Below are positions 35,541 through 47,400 of a stretch of 48,340 nt of DNA, piece by piece. This stretch comes from Octopus bimaculoides (lineage: Eukaryota). Within the stretch, counting starts at the first letter, position 1; each line of letters opens with the position of its first letter. The stretch is from NCBI RefSeq assembly GCF_001194135.2, contig NC_068993.1, forward strand, positions 64,930,580-64,978,919, read 5' to 3'. Both the position numbers and the translations under genes were made by a program. The notes beneath the pieces were generated by a model that was not told the DNA's origin, did not search any database, and was given only the letters and a program-made list of their open reading frames with translations.

Positions 35541-36632
35541 ACACACAATAAAACACTGATGGTTTCTAATTAATCTAATTCTGTAAAAACATGAGACTGA
35601 CATGTAGGAATGAAACCTATGATCCTTATCATGAGCTTAACACTCTAACCACTCGGCCACATCTTGATACACTGTGTCTAAATAAATAAGGGCAGTCATA
35701 GTTGAAACACTTACTATCATAGGTCTAAATTAGAGCTGAACTCAGTTAACAACTCTTTACTATATACTTTGGACAATCCTTTCTTCCCAGGACTATATCC
35801 CACCGAAATGTTTTCCCTTCTAATTTTCCTACAGGTTATCAATCTTCAGCAATTCCTGGGTGAACATCAATGATACTGAGAGTGAAAAAAATGAAGGAAT
35901 CTTTCTAATCACTCAATCAGCCAGAAATAGCAACCAAATCTCCCTCAAACTATAGCTTGCCATCTTAGAAAGGGAAAGATATAGAATAATGTAGTTTGGA
36001 GTACACTATTTCTGGAAATATGACAGGAGTAGTCATGTCTGCTTTATCTGAGACAACTGCAAAAGTTAAACAACATTAACCTCACTGATTTTATCAGTTT
36101 GGCTGGGGAAGACTATTGCAAAGATTATGGTTGTTGTATTACTTCCTTCCTTGTAGAGACAGACATGGCCAAGTGGTTGAGAAATTCACTTTACAATCAA
36201 TAAGTTCTGGATTAAATTCCATTGTATGACAGCTGATCATGTATATTTTACAATAGCCTTAGAACCTAAGCCTTGAAAGTAAAAGTAAAAGGAAACTGAG
36301 TGGAAGCCTATTCAGCTGGATTGTACCTCTATTTCAAAACTCCAGTCTTGCTACATACTTTGTGACATTGATTCTGATTGATAATTACATCAAGACATAA
36401 ATATGTCAATGCAATACTCGGTCACTTATATATTACTGAGGAGGTAGTTCTGTTGAATCAACAATGGATGCACTTATTAGTGAAATCAATGGGGGATTCA
36501 ATATCTACTGTAAACTAAATCATAAATTATATATATATAAAAAAAAAGAAAAAGCTGAAGTCTTTAGCAGTGATACATTCTTCCCATTGAGGAGTTAAAA
36601 AACATATTCTAAATCTCCACTGATGTACTTAC

Positions 36633-36726
36633 AACTTGAGAAGCATTGTTAATGAAAACCAAATATGGCCAAGCAGAATCGACATTGAATTCTCCTTCAT
36701 CATATTTTCCACACAGTGCAGTAATT
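36633..36726 (-). CDS. TMEM184C: TMEM184C coding exon (94 nt, phase 2->0)
   Basis: ttttcag| ... GTT|gtaagt. Encodes (L)ITALCGKYDEGEFNVDSAWPYLVFINNASQV. Confidence 0.95.
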
Positions 36727-36883
36727 CTGAAAAGTAAAAAAAAAGTTGAAAAGAAATCAAAAAAGTAAGGACATATTTCTTGTTCTCCCTTCCCTTGGGT
36801 TTTCATATTCAATCTCAGATAATTACATTGCATTGTAGTTATGTCTTATCATTATTACTCTATTGTTATTATTGCTACTAATT

Positions 36884-37557
36884 AAGGAAGCAAGCTGGCA
36901 GAATCCTTAGCTCACCATTTAAGGCGGCAAGCTGACAGAATCATTAGCTCACCATTTAAGGCGGCAAGCTGACAGAATCATTAGCTCACCATTTAAGGCA
37001 GCAAGTTGGCAGAATCATTAGCTCACCATTTAAGGCGGCAAGTTGGCAAAATCATTAGCTCACCATGNNNNNNNNNNNNNNNNNNNNNNNNNNNNNNNNN
37101 NNNNNNNNNNNNNNNNNNNNNNNNNNNNNNNNNNNNNNNNNNNNNNNNNNNNNNNNNNNNNNNNNNNNNNNNNNNNNNNNNNNNNNNNNNNNNNNNNNNN
37201 NNNNNNNNNNNNNNNNNNNNNNNNNNNNNNNNNNNNNNNNNNNNNNNNNNNNNNNNNNNNNNNNNNNNNNNNNNNNNNNNNNNNNNNNNNNNNNNNNNNN
37301 NNNNNNNNNNNNNNNNNNNNNNNNNNNNNNNNNNNNNNNNNNNNNNNNNNNNNNNNNNNNNNNNNNNNNNNNNNNNNNNNNNNNNNNNNNNNNNNNCTTA
37401 GCTCACCATTTAAGGCGGCAAGCTGACAGAATCATTAGCTCACCATTTAAGGCGGCAAGCTGACAGAATCATTAGCTCACCATTTAAGGCAGCAAGTTGG
37501 CAGAATCATTAGCTCACCATTTAAGGCGGCAAGTTGGCAAAATCATTAGCTCACCAT
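36884..37557 (+). repeat. 37-bp tandem repeat derived from a SINE head (5 units left of the gap; duplicated right of the gap)
   Basis: Unit aaggcggcaagctgacagaatcattagctcaccattt starts at 36884, 36921, 36958, 36995 and 37032. 37397-37557 exactly repeats 36907-37067. Confidence 0.92.
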
Positions 37558-37775
37558 GCAAAATGCTTAGTGATATTTCATCTGTCTTGACGTTCTGAGT
37601 TCAAATTCTGCTGAAGCTAACTTGGCCCTTTATACATTTTAGGGTCAATAAAAAAAGGACCAGTTGAGCATTCGGGTCAATGTAATCAATTAGCCCCCGC
37701 CACTAACCCAAAATTTCAGGCTTTGTGCTGACAGTAGAAATGATTATTATTATTATTGTTATTAGTATTATTATT
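37520..37775 (+). mobile_element. tRNA-derived SINE, continuous with the last 37-bp unit
   Basis: caaaatgcttag...B-box-like gagttcaaattc (37597-37608)...(att)n tail. Confidence 0.75.
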
Positions 37776-37784
37776 CAGTTGTTT

Positions 37785-38530
37785 ATTTTATTGCATGCTT
37801 TTACTACTGAATGCAGCTGTGGGTATGGACAGTGTTTTGTTATTTTTACTGTATTGGCAGTATCCTACATATTATATTTCTGCTACCGAACAATGCTATT
37901 TTCTGTATGTTAAGCATGGGAAAAAGACATGAGTTTTTGGCTATGTATTTGTTTGCATGTTTTTTTGATCATTCCCAAACCACGTATTATTACAGGGATT
38001 ATTTCGGATTTTCAGGACCCACATTTGTGCTATTGATATTTTCAAATTATTTAGATATATGTATGATTTGTCAACTAGGAGGCATTTCTCTTCTTGGTGG
38101 TCTTTGACAACAATATCTGGCCAGTTAATTTTGATTTCCTTGTCTGTGTGTATAGACCAAAGCATGGTCACTTCACTGTTTTCAGAAAACTTTTCTGGTA
38201 TATATTTATAACCATTTCTTTTCTGTTGGTATTTCATAGTGACGGCATAACATTGATGTATGTAAGTGATTGTCTATGGATGTATTCATTCTTGGCTAAG
38301 ACTGGGCAGCCAGAGATAATGTGGTTAATTGTTTCTGCCTCATCTCTACATACTGTATTCTACTTCATTGTATACTTTGCAAGGTCTCTCGTAGGAAGGC
38401 TCTGGCCTTGTGTCACAATCAAGTTTTCAGCCCTGCATTTCTCAGCCAGTACTGAGAGTTTTCTTTTATTGTTATCTATTTTCAATTTGTCCAGCACTTT
38501 TCCAGTATTGGTCATGTAGAGGCTTTTCTT
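37785..38530 (-). mobile_element. R4/Dong-type restriction-like-endonuclease LINE, 3' fragment
   Basis: CCHC knuckle remnant CRDEAETINHIISGCPVLAKNEY, then LWSIHTDKEIKINWPDIVVKDHQEEKCLLVD (PD..D nuclease motif). The 3' end runs into (AAT)n. Confidence 0.82.
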
Positions 38531-38863
38531 GTTATTTTATTATGGCATTTTGAAGCCCCAGCTATAGAACAGAATTCAACTGTTTTACTCTTGAAGCAGA
38601 CATTATTTTGATTGCTTTTCTGTTCAATATGTAATAAAATTGCTCACTGCTTTTGCTGCCTCCCTCATTACTTGTATAATTTATCTAGACCCTAAAGAAT
38701 TTTTGTATTTTGGTTAACAGACAATGCTAGTTCATAATATATACATATTTCAATATCTAATTAAGTAATAATGTTTTAAATGCAAAAATAGAGCTATGTT
38801 AAGGGAAATTTATCAATAATAATAATAATAATAATAATAATAATTATTATTATTATTATTATT

Positions 38864-40600
38864 ATCCCTAGTTTCTGCATTGCCCACCAGATAAGGAATC
38901 GGGGGAACCTGTCAAAGGCTTTCTCCAAGTCAACAAAAGCCAAGTATAGGGGTTTATCTTTGGCTAGGTATTTCTCCTGCAGTTGCCATACCAGGAATAT
39001 AGCATCAGTGGTGCTTTTACCTGGCACAAAACCAAACTGCATCTTATCTAGGCTAACTCTCTCCCTAATTAGTTGGGCTATGACGCTCTCCGTGACCTTC
39101 ATCACCTGATCCAGCAATTTGATACCCCTGTAGTTATTTCTATCTAAAGCATCACCTTTACCTTTGTAGTAGTTGACTGTGGTGCTGCTACAGCATTCAT
39201 TGGGTATGACTCCTTTGTGTATCACCTGGTTAACTATATGGGTGACTAGACCATAACCCACACCACCAGCTATATTAAGCATCTCAGCAGTGATTCCTGA
39301 TGGACAGGGGGATTTTCATGACTTCATACCCTTAATTGCTTTATCTACCAGGATGCAATCAATTCGGGTAGCTTGTCCTTTGACTGGATCAACATTTGGC
39401 AGGCTCTCCTCCATTCATTCTCCACATTCAGCAGTCTTTCATAATGGCTTTTCCAAGCCTCTTTCTTTGCAGAATCATTAAAAGCAAGTGCACCATCATC
39501 CATGCAGACATATTTCTCTCTTATGACATCACAATTTTCTCTCAGACACTGTCTTGCAATCTGAAATATTTCAGTTCTTTCGTCTTCACATCACTGAACA
39601 TTAGCAAACTTCTTCTTTTCTGCTTCTCCCTTGGCTATGCATACCTGTCACCCAGCTTCCCTTCTGGCTATCTGGCTACTATTCTTCCAGGTTTTCCAGG
39701 CTTGCTCTAATGGCCTTGTCTACCATATTATTCCACTACCACGTTACCCTAGGTCTGGAAGGGACTTTGCACCAGATTTGGCATGTGGCGCTCAGTAAGC
39801 TGTCCCATAAGAATTTCCGGTTATCCTCTATGTTCCAAGTCTGTAGCTCTTCCCTCTCATCAAATTTCTCAATGAGGATGTCCCTAAATCACTGACCATG
39901 TGAAGGGTTCTTCAGCTTCCAAATCCTTCCTTTCTGGTTTGGTCTGCTTCTTGGCATCCTTTTGGCCTCGAATCTAAAGTCCTTAATGACTAGTGTATGC
40001 TGGGGAGTACATTCTTCACCAGGGTGGGTCTTTGTATTTAAGAGCAACCTTGCATCCCACTGTCTGGTGGGGATGAAATCAATCTAGCTAGCAGAGTCAC
40101 CTGATAGATAGATTATCAGGTGGCTGTCTGGCTTCCTAAAGTTAGTGTTGCAGATTAATAGGTTGCTTGCATCACAGAACTCCAGTAGCCTAGTTCCCTC
40201 TTCGTTTCAGGAACCAATTCCATGGCCCCCGTGATCACCACCATGGAAGATACCAGATTGCTGTCCAACATGCCAATTAAAATCTCCAGCCCTAAAGATG
40301 AGGTCATTGCCACTAGTCTTTGAGGTAGCCTGTAGAAGGGTATCATAAAAATGGTCCTTCTGATCATTTGGTAGGCCCACTTGTGGGGTGTAGGCAGAGA
40401 TAATTGTAGCTATACTATTCTGCAAGACTAGCCTGAGCCGAAGCACTCTATCGCTTACCCTGACTACCTCTATGACCTTATCCACCCATTTCTCTGCAAG
40501 GAGTATGCCTACATCTCCTACTCCGTCACTTATCTTCTTAATACTCACCCTTCCATCACCTTTCTAACTATGGCAACTGCTGTGATCATATCAGAGCAGA
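38864..40600 (-). mobile_element. RTE-clade LINE: APE endonuclease + RT N-half, 3' part missing
   Basis: APE motifs GVGILLAEKW, IISAYTPQVGL and GDFN. RT motifs YKGKGDALDRNNYRGIKLL, QFGFVPGKSTTDAIF and FVDLEKAFDR. A GA-rich upstream region continues to ~41600. Confidence 0.92.
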
Positions 40601-41080
40601 ATCTACACATCTTTCTTCCACTTTGTGCTACTAGTTACCTCCCCTTTTCCTTCGAACCATTTTCTTTAAAATCCATCCTTTCTTTTTTCACTATCATCTC
40701 TTGTTATTACTCCTTTCTCTACCTCCAGTTATCTCTTCCATTCCTCTGAAATACCTCTTAGGAATGCCATACCTCATCTTTAACACCTTCTCATATCTGC
40801 TGTCATTCTCAACAATTTTCCTGGAGGGAGCAGAGTCTTGTTTTCCTACTTACAATAACTTAATTCATTGTATGTATTCTCAATGTTACCCCTTTCCATT
40901 ATTATTTCCACCTTTCTTGGCCTTCAGTTATCTCTATCTCTTCACCGAGATACATCTTGGGACTGTCATTGCCTTACCTTTAACACCCTCCCTTATCTGC
41001 AGTCAATGACTTCTCCCACCCCACCTTTGCACCCCCCATTCATTATAGCCACCCCTACATACTTCTAACATCCATCTCTA

Positions 41081-41341
41081 TCATTAAATTTGCTCTTCAT
41101 AACAGGTTCAATTATGCTCAGACAGCTATAATAATTATTGATCAAAAGTGCCCTTCAGACACCAAGTTGTAATGGTACAATCAGAATGAGCATTTGCTCT
41201 TTGATCAAGAATACTGCCAAATTCTAAGGCAGAAGTATTTTACACTATTAGCAAGAATTCTTTACAATAGTCAAGTGATCAGTAACTAAATAAGCTCCTC
41301 CAACTTTGCTTGCCAGGAGGGTGTTGTGTTGAACATAAGAG
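41081..41341 (+). repeat. 261-bp direct repeat, copy 1
   Basis: Matches 43600-43860 with 6 substitutions by manual alignment. Confidence 0.95.
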
Positions 41342-42721
41342 ATACATCTCACCCAACCCTCTATTCTCCCACCCTGCGCATCATTCCCATATTTTCTGAT
41401 CTACCTATACGTCTGTTATACTATTATTCTCCTCCTCCTTTTTCCTATACTGCCACTTATTATGTCTACCTTTCTGAACAATCCCTACTGTTTCACCACC
41501 TTACCCTTTTCTTCCATTCACTATATATTCAGCTCTACTCTCATCTCTAACCATTTGTCACCCTCCTCCTCCAACACTTGAAACAACCATACTTGTAGGA
41601 CAATGACACTCACTACTATCATGTAATATCTAGACAAGAGTACACACACACTTGGGATTCTTTCAGTTTCTGTTTACTAAATATACTCACAAGGCATTGG
41701 TTGGCCCAGGGCTAGAGAGAAAACACTTGCCCAAGGTGCCACTAGAACTGAAGCCAAGATCACATGATTGTGAAGCAAGCTTCTTAACCACACAGCTTCA
41801 CTTGCACCTATATTCATGTGTGCATGGTTGGGATATACATACATTCATATATATGTGTTATATATTACCTAGCTTGAAAATATGCAAGAGTTGGCAACAG
41901 AAAGAGCATCCAGATGTAGAAACTCTGCCTCAACATATTTCCCCTGACCCATGCAAGCATGGGAATGTTGATGTTAATGATGATGATGATGATGATGATG
42001 TAAAACTGACTTAGGTGCGATTTGAATACAGAACAGATATTCTGTAGTCAAATCAAATGTAATCAAATGATAGTTTTATAATGTTTTTAGTGAGGAGGAA
42101 AGAATATCACCTGTGACTCTTTACAGAAACTAATAGCATGGAAGGAGGTAAGTATTAAGAAACCAGTGATTTAACTCTAATGCTTGCAACATAGTGAGCT
42201 CTACCAAAGGTACTTTGGGTGCTGCAAGTGATGTTAAACCAGGTGAAATATTAAGTCTAACACCTAAATAGGTCATGGTAGGATTTGAACTCAGAATGTA
42301 AAGAAGGGGAACAAAGACCACAAGTCATCTGTCTGACACACTATCGTTTCTGTGAATCCACAGCCCTTGACTGCTACTTACTCATCATGCCAGAAGGATG
42401 ACAAGAAAAGTTTGACCTCATCAGGATTTGATCTCAAAATACAAGGTGATGGAATAAAAAAAAAAAACAAAAAAAAAACAACTAAATGCATTTTCACCAA
42501 ATTCTGTTGACCATCCACAGCCCTTATACCTGTAAGGAAAACGTATGCAGAGAGATAATTCCAATGGAATGTGTTTGGTGCAGGGTTTGAACGCATTAAG
42601 GGATATTTAATAAAAAGCAATAGTGATGGGATGATTGAAAGAAATATTGTCAACTTTCAATAAATAAAACTCTAGTGATCTATATATGCAAAACAAGAAA
42701 TAATATTCCAGCCATACTTAC

Positions 42722-42796
42722 AAGGCTAACACTGTTGTAGTTGGTCGTATGATTGTGTATTGTAATACTCCATGCTTGCAATTTCTGATGAATTTA
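42722..42796 (-). CDS. TMEM184C: TMEM184C coding exon (75 nt, phase 2->2)
   Basis: tttttttgtag| ... TT|gtaagt. Encodes (R)KFIRNCKHGVLQYTIIRPTTTVLA(L), containing the family motif CK-x-GVLQY-x-x-x-RP. Too short for the ORF track; found by reading the sequence. Confidence 0.95.
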
Positions 42797-43599
42797 CTAC
42801 AAAAAAAGTTTGAAATGAAGTTATTTATTTGCTAAGTTATCACAAAATAAGATTCTTTGTTTCTTCCTTTACAAATATTTGCTACTACCACCGAGATCTG
42901 CACCCACAGTCGGCTTCACCTGAGCTCGCATTTAGTAATTATTAGTCTTTAGTTCTTTTCTTGGTCTCAGTCATTGGATTGCAGTTATGCTGGGGTACTA
43001 TCTTAAAGTCAACTATATAAGTTACCATACTTAGTCTGATATTCAGTAACCTCAGAAAGAGAGAAGATAAATACTAGATGAAAAGGAACATAACCAAATG
43101 ATGCAACCAGTAATTGATTGGTTGGAAACCTCTGACTATCTGCACTGTTGCTCATAAAATGCATCATATATTCCCCAACATTATCTTAGCAGCATGCATG
43201 TGTACACACACACACACACACACACACAAAGAATAATGTTGATAAATCACAATACATAGTTATAGCAATTGTCTGAAGGTTTGCATTAAGCTAAAATACA
43301 AAGATGAAGTCCAATGAACACTTAAATGTTGCTGATATTGAAGAAAGAGAGGCATAGCTAATACAGTTTAACTCAAAACTTAATACAAGACACAAGGCCT
43401 TAATTAATTAAGCTAAAATTCTTTTGCATGATATGGCATCAAACTGTATTCTACAAGTCAGGATTGTTCGATTCAATATTTAAAGTTTTCTGATGAAAAT
43501 AACTTAAAACAGCAAAAACCAGATAATGGTTTCCTGCTAAAGTGTAAAGCAGATGTTTCTTTCACAAAACTTTTCAGTAAAAATTATCAAAAGCGGAGC

Positions 43600-43860
43600 T
43601 CATTAAATTTGCTCTTCATAACAGGTTCAATTATGCTCAGACAGTTATAAGAATTATTGATCAAAAGTGCCCTTCAGACACCAAGTTGTAATGGTACAAT
43701 CAGAATGAGCATTTGCTCTTTGATCAAGAATACTGCCAAATTCTAAGGCAGAAGTATTTTACACTATTAGCAAGAACTCTTTACAATAGTCAAGTGATCA
43801 GTAACTAAATAAGCTCCTCCAACTTTGTTTGCTAAGAGGGTGTTGTGTTGAACATAAGAG
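43600..43860 (+). repeat. 261-bp direct repeat, copy 2
   Basis: Matches 41081-41341; ends exactly where an RTE 3' fragment begins. Confidence 0.95.
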
Positions 43861-44580
43861 GTATCAGATGTGGTGTGCAAGAGAGACAACTGCACTGGTA
43901 TGGTCATGTGATGCATAAGGATGAGGGCAGCTGTGTGAAGAAGTGTCACACTAACAGTCGAGGGAAGCTGAGGTAGACCCAGGAAGACATGGGACAAGGT
44001 GGTGAAATGCAATCTCTGAATGTTGGGCCGCACTGAGGCAATGACAAGCAACTAAGACCTTTGACAATATGCTGTGCTTGAGAAGTCCTGCCAAGCCAAG
44101 TGAGATCGTAGTTGTGACCAATGCCAATGTCACATAACTGATCTGTTAAAAGCACCCTTCAAACGTTGGCCAATATGCTTTGCTTGTGAAAACCTGTCAA
44201 GCTGAGTGAAATTGTAGTCATAGTTGATGGCAATGCCATCTGAGTGGAATGTAAAAAGCACTGTTCAAACATTGAGCCGAATGGAGGCAGTGACAGGCGA
44301 CCAAGACCTCTGCTGATACACCATGCTTGTGTAGACCTGTCAAACCAAGTGAGACTGTAGTCGTGACCGATGTCATGTCAGGTCAATGGTACCTGTGCCG
44401 GTGGCATGTAAAAAACACCCACTACACTCTCAGAGTGGTTAGCATTTTGAAGGGCATCCAGCTGTAGAAACTTTGCCAAATCAGATAAGAACCTGGTGCA
44501 GCTCTCCGGCTAACCAGTCTTCAGTCAAACCATCTAACCCATGCCAGCATGGAAAACAAATGTTAAATGATGATGATGAT
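43857..44580 (+). mobile_element. RTE-clade 3' end with a repetitive 3' UTR and (GAT)n tail
   Basis: RGIRCGVQERQLHWYGHV...GRPRKTWDKVV. The tail block gaagggcatccag...cccatgccagcatggaaa...(gat)n recurs at 45160-45330, 41900-42000 and, inverted, at 28910-29050 and 47810-47870. Confidence 0.8.
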
Positions 44581-45159
44581 ATATATATATATATGCTATT
44601 GTATTAGCATCATCATGCATCTGAAAATAAATGATTTCTGTGTCTTTCAATACATTTCAACGCTTCTAAAGCAAACTTTGTTTACTTTCATCATAAGTTG
44701 AATTTAATGTTAGCGTCTTACAAAGCCAGATTTATAAATTCTAAAATTGAAGAACAATTTGTTACTGGGCGGTTTAGCGTAAAGGTAAAGCACTTGACAG
44801 GAATGTGAGTTCAAGCTGCATGTCTGGCCACTGCAATATATGGATAGTTTATCCTGTTGTTCATGCTATTGTATTAGCACCATCATGCGTTTGAGAATAT
44901 CTTATATATATGTATGTATAAAGGATAAAATCCTTTCTAAGAGCAGAAAAATTTGCCAGTACTGGTTGCCGGCAAATTTTTCTGTTCTTGAAAAGGATTT
45001 TATCCTTAATACATACTGTTCAGTATTTATGTGTTAAAAAACAAGAAAAAAAGAAATATATATCTTTCTACTTGTTCTACAATACATTTCAGCACTTCAA
45101 AAACAAACTTGTTTGTTTACATATGATGTAAGTTTTATATATATATATATATATATATA

Positions 45160-45330
45160 TAGCACCCACTGCACTCTCAGAGTGGTTGGCGTTAGGAAGG
45201 GCATCCAGTTGTAGAAACATTGTCAGATCAGATTGGAGCCTTGTGCAGCTGCTGGCTCTCCAGACCTCAGTCAAACTGTCCAACCCATGCCAGCATGAAA
45301 AACAGACGTTAAACGATGATGATGATGATG
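45160..45330 (+). mobile_element. Short RTE-tail-derived repeat
   Basis: High similarity to 44415-44580. Confidence 0.7.
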
Positions 45331-45350
45331 ATATATATATATATACACAT

Positions 45351-45383
<33 letters not shown>

Positions 45384-45572
45384 TGCATGTATGATGGCCA
45401 CTTCCTCGTTTCTGATGGTACTTCAAGCGATACCTGTGTATGATGCTTTTTAAAGTGAAGTGAGGCTTTGTACACAACCTATTCACACAGACAAACATCT
45501 GACTACAAAATAATGCATTGGGATAAGTTAATGCCTGTCCTTAAGATACAAAAGAGTTAATTTAATACTTAC

Positions 45573-45775
45573 CGTCCCATGGGCCAAGGAGGATGCAGAC
45601 AAAATGGGAAAAAATGATTAACTTGGCTTTTTAGTGAGAGAACAACTTCCAGGGAATATTCATTATGCAAGTAGCTGAGTAAGTAACTCATGAAATTGTA
45701 GATGACATAAGCTTCGTAACATTCTCTCAGGGTATCCAAATAAATTGCAGCTTGTGGAAAGCGCAATGCAAACCA
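45573..45775 (-). CDS. TMEM184C: TMEM184C internal coding exon (most 5' exon visible; 203 nt, phase 0->2)
   Basis: Acceptor ctctttcag|TGG and donor CG|gtaagt. Encodes WFALRFPQAAIYLDTLRECYEAYVIYNFMSYLL...PPWPMG, matching the TMEM184/OST-alpha-like family motif D-x-x-RECYEAYVIYNF (recognised from memory). Confidence 0.96.
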
Positions 45776-46254
45776 CTGAAAGAGAATGATGAAGATGATT
45801 AGAAAAATAATAGTTTCAATTTTGGCACAAGGCTAGCAATGGTTTTTCTTTTTTGGTGGTGGGGTACTTGACTGATACTTATATTTATCAACACAAAAGG
45901 ATAGGGGACAAAGTTGACCATGGTAGTGTTTGATAAATAAGCAGAAGAATGCAGCTAAGTATTTTGTCCAATGTGCTAATGATTTTGCCAATAATGATTT
46001 TTGTTATATACCCAGGCCTATTCCCCACTTTTTTCAGAAGTGGGTAGGCACAACAAAACACACACCAGGCATTCCATTCGTTTCCCAGCTCAAAGAGGCG
46101 AGCCCCATTCTATGCTCAGGTCAAGACATAGAAAGCAACCCCCAATATCAGCAGCTGGGCCTGACAGCATAGCTGGTTTACCCCCGTCACATCATACTGG
46201 TTCTGTACCCCTTTGAGCAACATCAAATTCACTCATCTGTCCACAAACACTCTT

Positions 46255-47400
46255 CAAGCTTTCCTATTATTTATAAATTCTTTCTCACTCCATCACCTCT
46301 AACCACCAAAGCTTTCCTCACTCCATCCATCCACACAAACCGAGGTCTGCCTCTGGTTCTGCTGCCTACCACTTCTGCCTTCATCACCCTCCTTACCATC
46401 CACTCCTCACCCATCCTTCTCCATGTGGCCAAACCACCTGAACATTTGTCTATCCAATTTGGATGTTAGTTTTTCTCTCATCTCTGCTCACTTTCGCACC
46501 TCCACATCCTGTCCATCCATGTCACACCAACCATAGCCCTCAGACATCTCATCTCAAACACATCTAGTTGCCTCCTTTCCACCTCTCTCATCCCCCACGT
46601 CTCTGCACCATATAACATTGTCAGCACAATCACGCCCTCACACAAACCTCTTTTCACTTTCATATTCAACCTTTCACAACTCCAAGTATCTTACTCCCCT
46701 CCTTCACTCTGTATCCCACTTCCTCAACCCCCCCCCCCATCCACTGTCACATAAGGATCCCAGATCCTTAAAAACACTCACCTCCTCTAACATCTCACCA
46801 TTTATACTCACATCCATCCTACCAGCCATTCCATCTCTCAAACATCTCATCACCTTACTCTTATAGTTACATTCACTTTCAGTTTCCTCCTCTCACAAAC
46901 TCTACCACCAGTCTCCTCAGCTGCTCTTCCAAATCTGCCATCAGTACTGTTTCATCAGCAAACAACTATTGACTCACCTGCCATTTCTCTCCAATTTCTT
47001 CCACCATTTGGGTTCCCCTACCAAAGGTTCTAGCATTTATCTCTCTCACCACACCATCCATATATAAATTAAACAGCCATGGAGATATCACACAACCCTG
47101 TCTTAACTCCACCTCCACATCAAACCACTCACTTACTTCACCACCCACTCTAACGCATACCCTACTTTCTCTAAAAAAAAATTCTGGACAGCTCTCAACA
47201 ACCTACCATCTACTCCATACAACAGCAACACCTGCCACATTGCATCCCTGTCCATGCGGTCACATGCCTTCTCTCGGTCCATAAAGGCCTAATACACCAC
47301 TCTCCATTTTGCCAAAAAAAGCTTCTCACACGTCTGCCTTACTACAAATATTTGATCTGTAAACCACCTTCCACTCCTAAAACCACAATTTTGGGAGACG
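46255..47400 (-). mobile_element. Decayed RTE-clade LINE (RT region)
   Basis: ELRQGCVISPWLFNLYMDGVVRE and MLYGAETWGMREVERRQLDVFEMRCLRAMVGVTWMDR. Confidence 0.85.

Noticed and set aside
36884-37557. CRISPR-like 37-bp repeats
   Set aside because: The units are directly adjacent with no unique spacers, no cas genes are present, the context is eukaryotic, and the unit derives from a SINE head.
37068-37557. Apparent extension of the 37-bp array across the gap
   Set aside because: 37397-37557 duplicates 36907-37067 exactly, including private variants, so it is most likely overlapping contig ends. The same pattern occurs at 1415-1479/1490-1554 and around 14381-14825.
42091-42153. Plus-strand AG...GTAAGT micro-exon (42127-42147) with nearby hairpins
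   Set aside because: An isolated 21-nt candidate with no partner exons or recognisable peptide; expected by chance.
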